Assembly: GCA_900753315.1 (NCBI GenBank)
Contig: CAADYP010000006.1
Location: forward strand, 14,001-78,000
Direction of reading: 5' to 3'
Length of the DNA: 64,000 nucleotides
Source of the DNA: Clostridia bacterium
GTDB lineage: Bacteria; Bacillota; Clostridia; Christensenellales; UBA1242
Both the position numbers and the translations under genes were made by a program. Below, piece after piece: positions 35,463-45,304 of the stretch; position 1 is the stretch's first letter, and each line of letters begins with the position of its first letter. The notes beneath the pieces are model-generated. The model had not been told where the DNA came from. It was given only the letters and a program-made list of their open reading frames with translations, and did no database searches.

Positions 35463-36011
35463 ATGAAAAAGAACACTCAAAAAAATATCAACCTACAAAA
35501 AAGTAAGAGAAATATTCAAAGTGCAATATGGGGCATTTTTATGTCATGTGCAGCCATAGCAGTTTCAATCGGCCTTTTTGTTGGGATCATTACCAACTAC
35601 AAATCTGCAAAAATCAATATCAGATTTTCTTCAATAGTTACAGTTTTGATTTTTCTTCTATTATCTGGAATATTTGGTATAATCTTCAACATTATAATTC
35701 TCATTGAAAGACAAAAAACTTACAAAATTTATAAGTCTGGCACACAGGAAACTGCAGAGGTCCTCAATGTTTTTGAACAGGCAAAAACAAGAAGTAAATT
35801 GAGAAATTCTTATAAAGAATTGACATATAATGTCTATTTCAAATTTAAAGATGACAAAAAAATTTCACGTATCAGCAAAGAAGAAATTACAAAAGAAATG
35901 TTTGATGCCTTAAAAGATGAAAAAACTATTCCTATTTTGAGAATCAATTCAACTGCCGTTTTTGATGAAAACACATTTGAAATCACTCACCAAAAGCAAG
36001 ATGAAGAATAA
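35463..36011 (+). CDS. Two-TM membrane protein, DUF3592-like (paralogue A)
   Basis: Two TM helices, then YKSGTQETAEVLNVFEQ...YNVYFKFKDDKK. The ATG at 35463 is preferred over the GTG at 35445. Confidence 0.55.
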   Translation: MKKNTQKNINLQKSKRNIQSAIWGIFMSCAAIAVSIGLFVGIITNYKSAKINIRFSSIVTVLIFLLLSGIFGIIFNIIILIERQKTYKIYKSGTQETAEVLNVFEQAKTRSKLRNSYKELTYNVYFKFKDDKKISRISKEEITKEMFDALKDEKTIPILRINSTAVFDENTFEITHQKQDEE

Positions 36012-36058
36012 TCGAATTTCAATACAATAAAATTTTTGTCGAACAAAAAGGAAACATC

Positions 36059-36598
36059 ATGGAAAACGAACTAAAAACAAAAAAGTCAATCAAGCTTGCA
36101 ATCTGGCAAATTGTGTCATCATCAATAATCGCTCTTGTGACACTCTCTTTGTCGATATTATTTATAGTTACTTACAAGAATGGAAATGATATTTATGCGA
36201 TTCTTTTCTATTTCTCTCTGTTTTTTACAAATTCATTATCTGTTAACATGGGTATAAAAACACTAAAAAGAAATTGGGAAATAAGCAAAATATATAAACT
36301 GGGATCTCCATCAACAGCCAAAATTAGCAAAGTATTTGAAGAAAAAAAGGTTAAGAGAAACAAAACAACTACATCGTATTTTCTTTTATTTGAATTTGAA
36401 AATGAAAATGGAATAATTTGCAGAAGCTCTGAAGAAATCCACCCCAAATATTATAAAATTTTACAACTTGAAACTGAAATCCCAGTTTTACGTCTAGAAA
36501 ACAATGCCGTTTTTGACACAAAACAATATTTAGAATTAAAAAGAAAACAACTTGAAGATGGAGTATTTGATGACAAAAAAAAGACTAGCGAAGACTAG
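36059..36598 (+). CDS. Two-TM membrane protein, DUF3592-like (paralogue B)
   Basis: Same architecture and collinear motifs (YKLGSPSTAKISKVFEE..YFLLFEFENENG..IPVLRLENNAVFD versus IPILRINSTAVFD in paralogue A). Confidence 0.6.
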   Translation: MENELKTKKSIKLAIWQIVSSSIIALVTLSLSILFIVTYKNGNDIYAILFYFSLFFTNSLSVNMGIKTLKRNWEISKIYKLGSPSTAKISKVFEEKKVKRNKTTTSYFLLFEFENENGIICRSSEEIHPKYYKILQLETEIPVLRLENNAVFDTKQYLELKRKQLEDGVFDDKKKTSED

Positions 36599-36608
36599 TC
36601 TTTTTTAT
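36581..36608 (+). terminator. Rho-independent terminator
   Basis: AAGACTAG-CGAAGA-CTAGTCTT followed by TTTTATTTT. It overlaps the stop codon. Confidence 0.75.
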
Positions 36609-36654
36609 TTTGTTTAATTTGTCTAATTAAGAATTTTATTTTTGAGATATAAGA

Positions 36655-38802
36655 TTATTCTTTATCTTCTTTTTCTATTTTAGCAGGTTTTACAGCCTTT
36701 TCGTTTGCTTCCTTTTCTTCTTTTGGAACAATTCTCTTAAGGTCAATTCTTCCCTTTTCGTCAACTTTAATTACTTCAACTTCAACGCTGTCGCCGATTT
36801 TTACAACATCTTCAACTTTGTCAACTCTCTTGTTTGAAAGTTTTGAAATGTGAATCATTCCTTCTTTTCCACCACCAAGGTCAACAAAAGCACCGAAATT
36901 CATGATTCTTGAAACTTTTCCGTCATAAACATCACCAACTTCAACATCTTCTGTGATAGAAAGGATAATCTTCTTAGCCTTTTCATTCATCTCACTATCA
37001 ACTGATGCAATGAATACTGTTCCGTCATCTTCAATATCAATCTTTACGCCTGTTTCGTCAATAATCTTGTTGATAGTTTTTCCGCCAGAACCAATAACAT
37101 CTTTAATCTTTTCAGGGTTAATGCTGAAAGTGATGATTTTTGGAGCGTATTTAGAGATTTCTTTTCTAGGTTCGCTGATGCAAGCAAGAAGTTTGTTCAT
37201 AATAAACATTCTTCCAATCTTTGCTCTTTCCAAAGCTTCTGTCAAAATCTTTTTGTCAATACCTTTAATTTTGATATCCATTTGGATTGCAGTAACACCC
37301 TTCTCTGTCCCTGTAACTTTGAAGTCCATATCGCCAAGGAAATCTTCAAGACCTTGAATATCAGAAAGGACAGCAACCTTTCCACTCTTTTCATCTTTAA
37401 TAAGACCCATAGCAATACCAGAAACTGGTGCAGAAATAGGCACACCGCCGTCCATAAGAGCAAGTGTAGATCCACAAACTGATGCCATTGAAGAAGAACC
37501 ATTTGAAGACAAAACTTCACTTACGATTCTCAAAGCATAAGGGAAAACATCTTCACTAGGAACAACTGGTTCCAAAGCTCTTTCTGCAAGTGCACCATGT
37601 CCAATTTCACGACGACCTGTGCTCTTAATCATCTTTGCTTCGCCAGTTGCATATGGTGGCATATTGTAATGGTGAACATATCTGTTTACTTCTTCGTCAT
37701 CCAAGCCTTCAAGTTGTTGAACATCGCTCACTGTGCCCAAAGTCAAGCAAGACAAAACTTGCGTTTCTCCTCTTGTAAACACTGCAGAGCCATGAACTCT
37801 TGGAAGCACGCCAACTTCGCACCAAATAGGACGAATTTCTTCCAATTTTCTTCCATCTGGACGAACACCCTTTTCCAAAATATGTGCACGAACTTTTTCT
37901 TTTTTGATTTTGTAAAGGACATCACTGATTTCTCTTTCTTTTTCTGGGAAAGTTTCAGCAAAGTGAGCAAGGATATCAGCCTTAACTTCTTCTTCACGAG
38001 CTTCTCTTTCGCTTCTTACGAAAGTGTCCAAAACATAGTCGTATTTTGAATCAGCATATTCTCTGACAGCTGTTTCAATTTCTTCAGGAATTGTGTAATA
38101 AGGAATTTTTGGACAAACTGGCTTACCAATTTCTTCCTTGATTTTCTTGAGTTCCTTAACAATCTTTTTAATTTCTTCATGAGCAAACATAATTGCATCA
38201 AGCATAACACTTTCAGGAATTTCGTTTGCACCTGCTTCAACCATAAGCACAGCTTCTTCTGTTCCACTTACAGTCAAATGCAAATCGCTCTTTTCTCTTT
38301 CTTCTTGATTTGGATTGATAACAAACTTTCCATCAACCAACCCCACTTGAACAGAGCCAGTAGGTCCAAGGAAAGGAATGTCAGAAATTGAAAGAGCAAA
38401 AGAAGAACCGAGCATAGCCAAAGGTTCTGGGCTAACATCAGGGTCAATAGAAAGTGCAGTTGCTACGACAACTACATCATTAAAAAATCCTTTTGGGAAA
38501 AGTGGTCTCAAAGGTCTATCAATAAGACGAGAAACCAAAATAGCTTTATCACTAGGACGACCTTCTCTCTTCTTAAATCCACCAGGAATCTTTCCAACAG
38601 AATACATCTTTTCTTGATATTCAACAGAAAGTGGGAAGAAATCGATGCCAGGCTTTGGTTCTTCACTCATTGTTACGTTTACCATAACAACAGTATCTCC
38701 GCTTCTTACGACACAAGAACCATTTGATTGTCCGCACCATTTCCCTGTTTCAAAAGAGATGTCTTTTCCAGCAACATTTATAACATACTTTTTAAAATCC
38801 AT
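36655..38802 (-). CDS. pnp: Polyribonucleotide nucleotidyltransferase (PNPase)
   Basis: Two RNase PH domains, KH and S1 ([20 protein letters not shown]). Start set at ATG 38802 (MDFKKY), preceded by GAGGT. Confidence 0.95.
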   Translation of the reverse strand: MDFKKYVINVAGKDISFETGKWCGQSNGSCVVRSGDTVVMVNVTMSEEPKPGIDFFPLSVEYQEKMYSVGKIPGGFKKREGRPSDKAILVSRLIDRPLRPLFPKGFFNDVVVVATALSIDPDVSPEPLAMLGSSFALSISDIPFLGPTGSVQVGLVDGKFVINPNQEEREKSDLHLTVSGTEEAVLMVEAGANEIPESVMLDAIMFAHEEIKKIVKELKKIKEEIGKPVCPKIPYYTIPEEIETAVREYADSKYDYVLDTFVRSEREAREEEVKADILAHFAETFPEKEREISDVLYKIKKEKVRAHILEKGVRPDGRKLEEIRPIWCEVGVLPRVHGSAVFTRGETQVLSCLTLGTVSDVQQLEGLDDEEVNRYVHHYNMPPYATGEAKMIKSTGRREIGHGALAERALEPVVPSEDVFPYALRIVSEVLSSNGSSSMASVCGSTLALMDGGVPISAPVSGIAMGLIKDEKSGKVAVLSDIQGLEDFLGDMDFKVTGTEKGVTAIQMDIKIKGIDKKILTEALERAKIGRMFIMNKLLACISEPRKEISKYAPKIITFSINPEKIKDVIGSGGKTINKIIDETGVKIDIEDDGTVFIASVDSEMNEKAKKIILSITEDVEVGDVYDGKVSRIMNFGAFVDLGGGKEGMIHISKLSNKRVDKVEDVVKIGDSVEVEVIKVDEKGRIDLKRIVPKEEKEANEKAVKPAKIEKEDKE

Positions 38803-38846
38803 AACACACATACCTCATAAAAATTATTTAAAAACGATAATATTTG

Positions 38847-38877
38847 AGAAAAAAGGGAGCAAAAAAACAGCTCCCCC
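38847..38877 (-). terminator. rpsO terminator/attenuator hairpin upstream of pnp
   Basis: Minus strand: GGGGGAGC-TGTTTTTTT-GCTCCC followed by TTTTTT. Confidence 0.65.
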
Positions 38878-38880
38878 AAA

Positions 38881-39144
38881 TTATTTAATTTCTCTGATAT
38901 TAAGTTCTTTAACAAGGCTTCTGTAAGCTTCAATATCTTTATCTTTAAGGTATTGCAAGAAACCTTTACGCTTACCAACCATCTTCAAAAGACCACGTCT
39001 AGAATGGTTGTCATTTTGGTTAGTTTTCAAATGTTCTGTCAAATGATTGATTCTTTCAGTCAAAAGTGCGATTTGAACTTGAACTGAACCAGTATCATTT
39101 TCAGATTGTTTAAACTTTGAAATGATTTCGCTTTTTGTTTGCAT
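38881..39144 (-). CDS. rpsO: 30S ribosomal protein S15
   Basis: [49 protein letters not shown] 39144 is preceded by GGAGGAAAC. Confidence 0.95.
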   Translation of the reverse strand: MQTKSEIISKFKQSENDTGSVQVQIALLTERINHLTEHLKTNQNDNHSRRGLLKMVGKRKGFLQYLKDKDIEAYRSLVKELNIREIK

Positions 39145-39235
39145 TTTTGTTTCCTCCATAAAATATTAAACCGCTCAAACATAGCATAAGGTCGAAGGAC
39201 TCCATAAACCATGTTTAAGTTTTATCGACTGAATG

Positions 39236-39264
39236 AGTATAACATAAAAACAAAATTTTGTAAA
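39236..39264 (-). promoter_or_regulatory. rpsO promoter
   Basis: Minus strand: TTTACA, 17 nt spacer, TATACT. Predicts a leader of about 85 nt. Confidence 0.45.
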
Positions 39265-39292
39265 CAATTTTGCCAAAATTTTTCAATTTTAA

Positions 39293-39322
39293 ACAAAAAA
39301 AGAAACCAAAATCTAGGTTTCT
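39293..39322 (-). terminator. Terminator after the hemZ-like gene
   Basis: Minus strand: AGAAACC-TAGATTTT-GGTTTCT followed by TTTTTTTT. Confidence 0.7.
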
Positions 39323-39359
39323 TTCTGTATTTTTATTTTCAAAAGACAAAAACAGTTTT

Positions 39360-40766
39360 CTAACTGAAAAACTTAACCTTTTTCTCAATCATTTCGTCTA
39401 TTCTGTCAATATAGTCGCAAATAAACTTGCAATTTGGTTGACGCTCAATTCTGTTTTCAAGATTGAAAACTCTCTTTGAAATTGCACCTGCCCCAATGGC
39501 AATAACAGACGATGTGTCTTCCATGCTGTCAATATTGAAAATGCAAACATTATCGTCACGATAATAACCGACATTTTCAAGTCCACCAACTTGATGTTTT
39601 TGTCTGTAAAGATAATATGGCTTGTATCCGTTTTCCATAAGAGTCTTTTCTGCAAAATCCACCATCTTTGGAACATCGTTTTTATATTTAACTTCCTCAC
39701 CTCTAATCTGTGCCGCATTTTTCACAGAAAGTGTGTGCACGGTGATGTTGTGTGGATAAAGTTCGAGCAAAGTGTTTATTGTGCGTTTGAATATGCCAAG
39801 TCTTTCTTCTGTAAGTCCAGCAATAATGTCCATGTTCACAACAAAATCATATTCCATTGCAAGCATATATGCTTCCATCACTTGTTTGTTTGTGGTTTTT
39901 CTGCCAATGCGTTTAAGAGTTGTCTCACAGAAAGTTTGTGGATTGATTGAAATTCTAGAAACTCCATATTTCTTCAAAACTTCAAGTTTTTCTCTTGTGA
40001 TTGTGTCAGCACGACCACATTCAACTGTAAATTCTGATACTGGATAATTTATTTGACTCAAAAGTCTGTCAAGTTGTTCTGCTGTCAAAACTGTTGGAGT
40101 CCCACCGCCTATGTAAATTGTTCTGACAATATAGCACTTGTCAGCAATAACCTTTTTTGCCGCTTCCAATTCTTTCAAAACACAATCAAGATAAGTCTCA
40201 ACCTTATCTTTGACTGTCCAAAGTTCGTTTGAAATAAATGAACAATAATTGCACCTTGATGGGCAAATAGGGATATTTATAAAAAGGTCAATCAAGTTAT
40301 CATTTTTGATAATGCATTTTTGATTTTTCAAGATTTGCACAACCAATTTTGCTTTTTCACTGCTAACATGATAATCTCTTACCAAAACCTCTGAAATAAG
40401 GTGTGGTTTAATTTCTCCACGCTCCACCAAATCTCTTGCAAATTTTGTTGGTCTCACCCCAGTAAGCGAACCCCAAGGAAGCGATTTTTTTGATTCAAGA
40501 CTTAAGACTTCATACAAGTGGTTTTTGAAATTTCTTTTTATCAAACTTTTTTTCAAAAGGTCTGACAAGTTTTGACTAACTACAAAATCTTTGGTATATT
40601 CTTTTCTCTTGTCGCCCGAGCCGATATAAATTTTGCTTTGGAATTTCTCCCCATCTTGTGAAAAAGCGTGTTCCACGGAAAAAGGACAATCTTCTTCCTT
40701 GTAAAAGAGATTGACCAAATCTTGCATATCTTTTTCTATTTCCGCTGATTGACACAATATTTTCAC
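39360..40766 (-). CDS. Radical SAM HemN-family protein, HemZ-like (oxygen-independent coproporphyrinogen dehydrogenase-like)
   Basis: 468 aa with CxxxCxxC (CPSRCNYCSF) about 170 aa from the N-terminus and a GGGTP motif. GTG start. Confidence 0.8.
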   Translation of the reverse strand: MKILCQSAEIEKDMQDLVNLFYKEEDCPFSVEHAFSQDGEKFQSKIYIGSGDKRKEYTKDFVVSQNLSDLLKKSLIKRNFKNHLYEVLSLESKKSLPWGSLTGVRPTKFARDLVERGEIKPHLISEVLVRDYHVSSEKAKLVVQILKNQKCIIKNDNLIDLFINIPICPSRCNYCSFISNELWTVKDKVETYLDCVLKELEAAKKVIADKCYIVRTIYIGGGTPTVLTAEQLDRLLSQINYPVSEFTVECGRADTITREKLEVLKKYGVSRISINPQTFCETTLKRIGRKTTNKQVMEAYMLAMEYDFVVNMDIIAGLTEERLGIFKRTINTLLELYPHNITVHTLSVKNAAQIRGEEVKYKNDVPKMVDFAEKTLMENGYKPYYLYRQKHQVGGLENVGYYRDDNVCIFNIDSMEDTSSVIAIGAGAISKRVFNLENRIERQPNCKFICDYIDRIDEMIEKKVKFFS

Positions 40767-40769
40767 TGT

Positions 40770-42851
40770 CTATTCACTCCTGAAAACTTTTCTTACATCT
40801 TTAACCGACTCAAAACTCTTGATGATGTTTTCAAGTTCGGTTTTGTTTGAAATTTGGACAACAATATCAAACACAAGTTCGTCTTTTATTTCTTTGTATC
40901 CAAATCCTTTAAGTCTGCCCTTCAAATCTCTTGCAACAGTGTTAAGGTTGTTGATGATAGAGTTTTTGTTGTCTGCATAAACTTTTATCACTGCAGTAAA
41001 GTTTGAAACTAGACTATCTTGCCATTCGGCTTTTATCAATCTTTCTGGCTCGAGATATTTGAGGTTTTGACAACCACTTCTATGTATTGTCACTCCTCTG
41101 CCTCTTGAGATATAACCAATGATATCATCTCCAGTAACTGGCGAACAGCACCCAGCATATCTTATCAAAAGCCCACTGTCTCCATCTACCAAAACGCCGT
41201 CTTTGTTTTTCTTTACGGTGATGACATTTTCCTTAAATTCCAAAGTTTTTTCTTTGTTATAAAGATTTACAAGTCGTCCAACAATTCCGTTTGCTGAAAG
41301 ACTGCCAGCTCCAATTTCCGCATAAAGGACATCGAGTTCTTCAATCATAATGCTCTTTGCAATCTCTTGCAAATATTCTTCTTTCAAAATCTTGCTGATG
41401 TTGAGATTTCTTGCCTTAACTGCTTGTTCCAAAATTGCCTTTCCGACTCTAATGTTCTCTTCCTTCAATTCACTCTTGAAAAATTGTCTTATTTTTGAAC
41501 GAGCATTTGAAGTCTTGATGTGTAAAAGCCAGTCTCTTGATGGTCCTTTGCTGTTTTGGTTTGTCAAAATTTCTACAACATCACCATTTGAAAGTTCAGT
41601 AGTGATTGGCACAATTTTGCCATTGATTTTTCCGCCTACACAAGTGTTGCCCACTCCAGAGTGGATTGCATAAGCAAAGTCAATAACAGTCGCTCCAAGT
41701 GGAAATTCCAAAACTTTCCCCTTTGGTGTCTGCACAACAATCGCTTCACCATAAAGGTCAACCTTAAGAGTTTCCAAAAATTCTTCTGATGACAAATCGT
41801 TTGAATTTTCAAGCATTTGTCTAAACCAACTCATCTTTTGGTCAAACTTGTTTTGTCCTCTTCTTTCTTTATAAATCCAGTGAGCAGCAACACCATATTC
41901 TGATTGTCTATGCATATCAAAAGTGCGAATTTGAATTTCAAGCGGTCTGTTGTTATCCGCAATAATTGTTGTGTGCAAACTTTGATAGCCATTTGGCTTT
42001 GGATTTGCGATATAATCCTTTACCCTTCCTTGCATTGGTTTGTAGATAGAGTGAATTTTTCCAAAAACAGAATAACAATCTTCAACCGTTGGAACGAGCA
42101 CTCTCATTGCCACAAGGTCATAAACTTTTCCAAGCGTAATGTTTTTCTTTACCAACTTTTTGTAAACTGAATAGAAGTGCTTTTGTCTTGCTTGAATTTC
42201 ACCTTCTATATGAAGCTCTTCAAGCATTTGTTGAAGTTTTTTGCGAGTAATTTCTATTTGTTTTTGGTTGTCTTCCGTCTTCATCAAAGCATTGTTTTTA
42301 AGTTCTTCATAGGCTTTTGGTTCCAAGAGTTCAAAACAATAATCTTCAAATGCGGACTTAAACATAGAAAGCCCAAGTCTCTCTGCAAGTGGTGCAAAAA
42401 TGTCACTTACCATTTGCACAAAACTTTTTTCTTCTTCACTCATTGGATTTTTTATGAGTTTAAGGTCATACAAAATTGTCGCAAACTTGACAATAACGAC
42501 TCTCATATCTTGACAAATTGCCACAAACATACGTCTAATATCTTCCGCTTCGCCACTCTTTGTCAACGCTTTTACATCTTTCAAAATTTTGAAAGCTTCA
42601 TAAAGTTTTTGTTGATTTTTTGTCAATGCTTCTGCAAGTTTGTCAGCATCTTCTGGCTCGATTTTTGAATACTGAAAAAGAATATATGCAACCAAAACTT
42701 CGTCTTGCATATGATATTCAATCATTGTGTCGATAACGATATTCAATCTGTCAAAATTCAACCCATCAACAAGTGCTTTTTCAACAATTTTTTTCTCTTT
42801 GTCAGTAAGTTGAAATTCGGCAAATATTTTTTCTAAAATTTTCTCTTTCAT
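40770..42851 (-). CDS. relA: Long RelA/SpoT-homologue (p)ppGpp synthetase with a degenerate hydrolase domain
   Basis: 693 aa. Synthetase core (RQKHFYSVYKKL, DLVAMRVLV, DYIANPKPNGYQSLHTT, EIQIRTFDMH, GVAAHWIYKE), TGS and a C-terminal ACT-like domain are present. The N-terminal 190 aa lack all HD-domain His/Asp motifs. Confidence 0.88.
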   Translation of the reverse strand: MKEKILEKIFAEFQLTDKEKKIVEKALVDGLNFDRLNIVIDTMIEYHMQDEVLVAYILFQYSKIEPEDADKLAEALTKNQQKLYEAFKILKDVKALTKSGEAEDIRRMFVAICQDMRVVIVKFATILYDLKLIKNPMSEEEKSFVQMVSDIFAPLAERLGLSMFKSAFEDYCFELLEPKAYEELKNNALMKTEDNQKQIEITRKKLQQMLEELHIEGEIQARQKHFYSVYKKLVKKNITLGKVYDLVAMRVLVPTVEDCYSVFGKIHSIYKPMQGRVKDYIANPKPNGYQSLHTTIIADNNRPLEIQIRTFDMHRQSEYGVAAHWIYKERRGQNKFDQKMSWFRQMLENSNDLSSEEFLETLKVDLYGEAIVVQTPKGKVLEFPLGATVIDFAYAIHSGVGNTCVGGKINGKIVPITTELSNGDVVEILTNQNSKGPSRDWLLHIKTSNARSKIRQFFKSELKEENIRVGKAILEQAVKARNLNISKILKEEYLQEIAKSIMIEELDVLYAEIGAGSLSANGIVGRLVNLYNKEKTLEFKENVITVKKNKDGVLVDGDSGLLIRYAGCCSPVTGDDIIGYISRGRGVTIHRSGCQNLKYLEPERLIKAEWQDSLVSNFTAVIKVYADNKNSIINNLNTVARDLKGRLKGFGYKEIKDELVFDIVVQISNKTELENIIKSFESVKDVRKVFRSE

Positions 42852-45199
42852 TTTATCTCCAAAGAATTTTTTACCAATAAAAGTTTATTATAAAGAGCAG
42901 ATTCTGTCAAGGATTTTTTGATATTTTTATTTTGTATAATATACATAAATGTATCAAATTTGGCTTCAATAAGCCCCAACTCTTCAAAGACCAAATAAGC
43001 CACATAAAATGTGTCAAAATTGACCTTCCCCTTCATTTTATTCTGATAGATATCAAAAATTGAGTAATATTTCAAAAAGTTTTTTGATGTCAAGACCTTA
43101 AACACTTTCCCAAAAGTCTCTCTTGAAAGGTCAAGAGCCAAAAATCTTTGCCTGTCAAGCTCTCTTTCCATAGGCACAAAAATTTCCGCCTTTGAAACTT
43201 CGTTTAATTCAGCCAAAAAGCCTTCGTCCAAAACAGGAGAAAGGAAAACAATTTTTGAGAAATTTTTTGCCCATTCTGTGCCAGTTGGTGACAAAAGAAG
43301 ACTGTTATAACCAATACAATTTTTCTCACACATGCCAATATGATAAATATTGTCCTTGCTATATTCTTTTGAAAAATTGACAAAGTCATAAGCAGAATAA
43401 GCCACAAAAGCCGTTCCAAAAACTTGACTTTGTGTGCTGGCAACAAAATTCAAAAGTTCTGCTTGTGGATAATACGAAAATTTTGAAGGTCGATTATCTT
43501 TGTAACCCAACTGCTCAAGTTGAAGTGGATAAGAGAACATATGTGCATTTGGAGAGATAAAGCTGCCAGCATCAAACTCACTTACCACCCCATTCTTGCC
43601 ACCGCCTTGAAATTCAAAGATAAACGATTTGTATCTGGCAAAGTTTAAAGCATTATAATTTTTGATAAAATTGAAATAAACAAGTTGCAAGTCACCAATT
43701 TTTACATCACAATGTGCTGGTGAATATTTCCTTGGTGTAAGTTCGATATTTTCTGCTGAAATCTTAAACTTTGGACGAGCATTGCCACAACCAAATGGTT
43801 CAAGCAAAGACAATTCTTGCAAAAATCTGTCAGTGATGTCTTCGTTTTTTAGTTCCAAATCATAATATTTGATAGGAATGAAAACTTTGTCACTGACTTT
43901 TTCAAACACAAAAGAGTTTACTCTGTTGCAAAAACTTTCGTAGTTTGACCTTTTCAAAGTCAAACCAGCAGCCATCGTATGCCCGCCAAAAGTTTCCAAA
44001 ATATCTTGCAATGATGATAACAATTCATGAATGTTTATGTCATCAATACTTCTCCCAGAGCCATGCAAAATATCTCCAACTTGTGAAAACAAAAAGACAG
44101 GTCTGTTGTATTCTTCCACAAGTTTTGCACATGCAATTCCCAAAATACCTTGGTCCCATTTTTTCGATGCCAAGCAAATAACTCTTGTCTTTGACAAGTC
44201 CATTTTCTCTATTGCTCTTTCGCAGTCTTCCAAGATTTTTGCAGAAAGTTCTTGTCTTCTTGTGTTATGTCCTTTGATTTTTTCAAGATACTTTCTCACT
44301 TCGACTGGGTCTTCACTCATATACAACGCAAGGCTGTCGCCTGCGTCTCCCATTCTTCCAGATGAATTGATTTTTGGCGCAATCTTAAATGCAATATCAG
44401 TCGATGAAGGGTTTGTCAAAGACACTTTGTTTTCTTTTAAAAGCGCACGAAGACCAAAAGGTAATTTTTCAAAACTTTTTAGGCCTTTTTTGACAATATT
44501 TCTATTTTCGCCAGTCAATGAAACAATATCCGCAATCGTTGCAATCGCAGCAATAGGCAAAAACTCTTCTGCCTTCTTTTGTCCCAAAAGTGCTTCACTT
44601 ATTTTGTATGCAAGCCCAGTGCCACACAACTCTCTAAACGGATATTCTTGTCCTTCAATCTTTGCGTTCAAAACAAGCGTGTCTGGCAATTTTTCTGGAA
44701 TTTCATGGTGATCAGTAACAATAACCTCAATGCCTTTCTCTTTTGCATATTCAACTTCGGCATAGCAAGAAATACCACAGTCAACTGTGATGATCAAATC
44801 CGGAGCAAATTGTCTTGCAATCTTATCCAAACAATCGCATGTCAAACCATAGCCGTCAACATAGCGGTTTGGAAGATAAAAATCAGCATCAATACCGATT
44901 TTTTTCAAAGTTTTAAGCATAATTGCAGTGGCACTAATTCCGTCCACATCATAATCCCCAAAGATGAGGACTTTGTCACCCATTTGTTTTGCCAAATGTA
45001 TTCGTTCACACAGTTGTTTCATATTTTTGATAAGAAATGGGTCCAACAACTGTCCAGTTGAAAGATAAGTTGAGATTTCTTCTTTGCTTGAATAACCTCT
45101 TGATAAAATCAAATACATTGTTGAAGGCAAAACATTAAACTCTTTTGCAAACTCATCAACGAGTGCAGAGTCTTTGTTAAAAAATTTTTTAAAAACCAT
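42848..45199 (-). CDS. recJ: Single-stranded-DNA-specific exonuclease RecJ
   Basis: DHH motifs (IFGDYDVDGISA, ITVDCG, VIVTDHHE) plus DHHA1 (GGHTMAAG). ATG 45199 is preceded by AAGGTAG. The track start at 45217 is a TTG. Confidence 0.93.
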   Translation of the reverse strand: MVFKKFFNKDSALVDEFAKEFNVLPSTMYLILSRGYSSKEEISTYLSTGQLLDPFLIKNMKQLCERIHLAKQMGDKVLIFGDYDVDGISATAIMLKTLKKIGIDADFYLPNRYVDGYGLTCDCLDKIARQFAPDLIITVDCGISCYAEVEYAKEKGIEVIVTDHHEIPEKLPDTLVLNAKIEGQEYPFRELCGTGLAYKISEALLGQKKAEEFLPIAAIATIADIVSLTGENRNIVKKGLKSFEKLPFGLRALLKENKVSLTNPSSTDIAFKIAPKINSSGRMGDAGDSLALYMSEDPVEVRKYLEKIKGHNTRRQELSAKILEDCERAIEKMDLSKTRVICLASKKWDQGILGIACAKLVEEYNRPVFLFSQVGDILHGSGRSIDDINIHELLSSLQDILETFGGHTMAAGLTLKRSNYESFCNRVNSFVFEKVSDKVFIPIKYYDLELKNEDITDRFLQELSLLEPFGCGNARPKFKISAENIELTPRKYSPAHCDVKIGDLQLVYFNFIKNYNALNFARYKSFIFEFQGGGKNGVVSEFDAGSFISPNAHMFSYPLQLEQLGYKDNRPSKFSYYPQAELLNFVASTQSQVFGTAFVAYSAYDFVNFSKEYSKDNIYHIGMCEKNCIGYNSLLLSPTGTEWAKNFSKIVFLSPVLDEGFLAELNEVSKAEIFVPMERELDRQRFLALDLSRETFGKVFKVLTSKNFLKYYSIFDIYQNKMKGKVNFDTFYVAYLVFEELGLIEAKFDTFMYIIQNKNIKKSLTESALYNKLLLVKNSLEIK

Positions 45200-45270
45200 G
45201 TTTTCTACCTTAAACAAACTTTATGTGATTATTATAATATATTTCAAAACAAATCACCAAACAAATGACC

Positions 45271-45301
45271 AAAAAAACAAAAAAGAGCGATTTTGTCGCT
45301 C
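45271..45301 (-). terminator. Terminator after the repeat-protein gene
   Basis: Minus strand: GAGCGA-CAAAA-TCGCTC followed by TTTTTTGTTTTTTT. Confidence 0.65.
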
Positions 45302-45304
45302 CTT

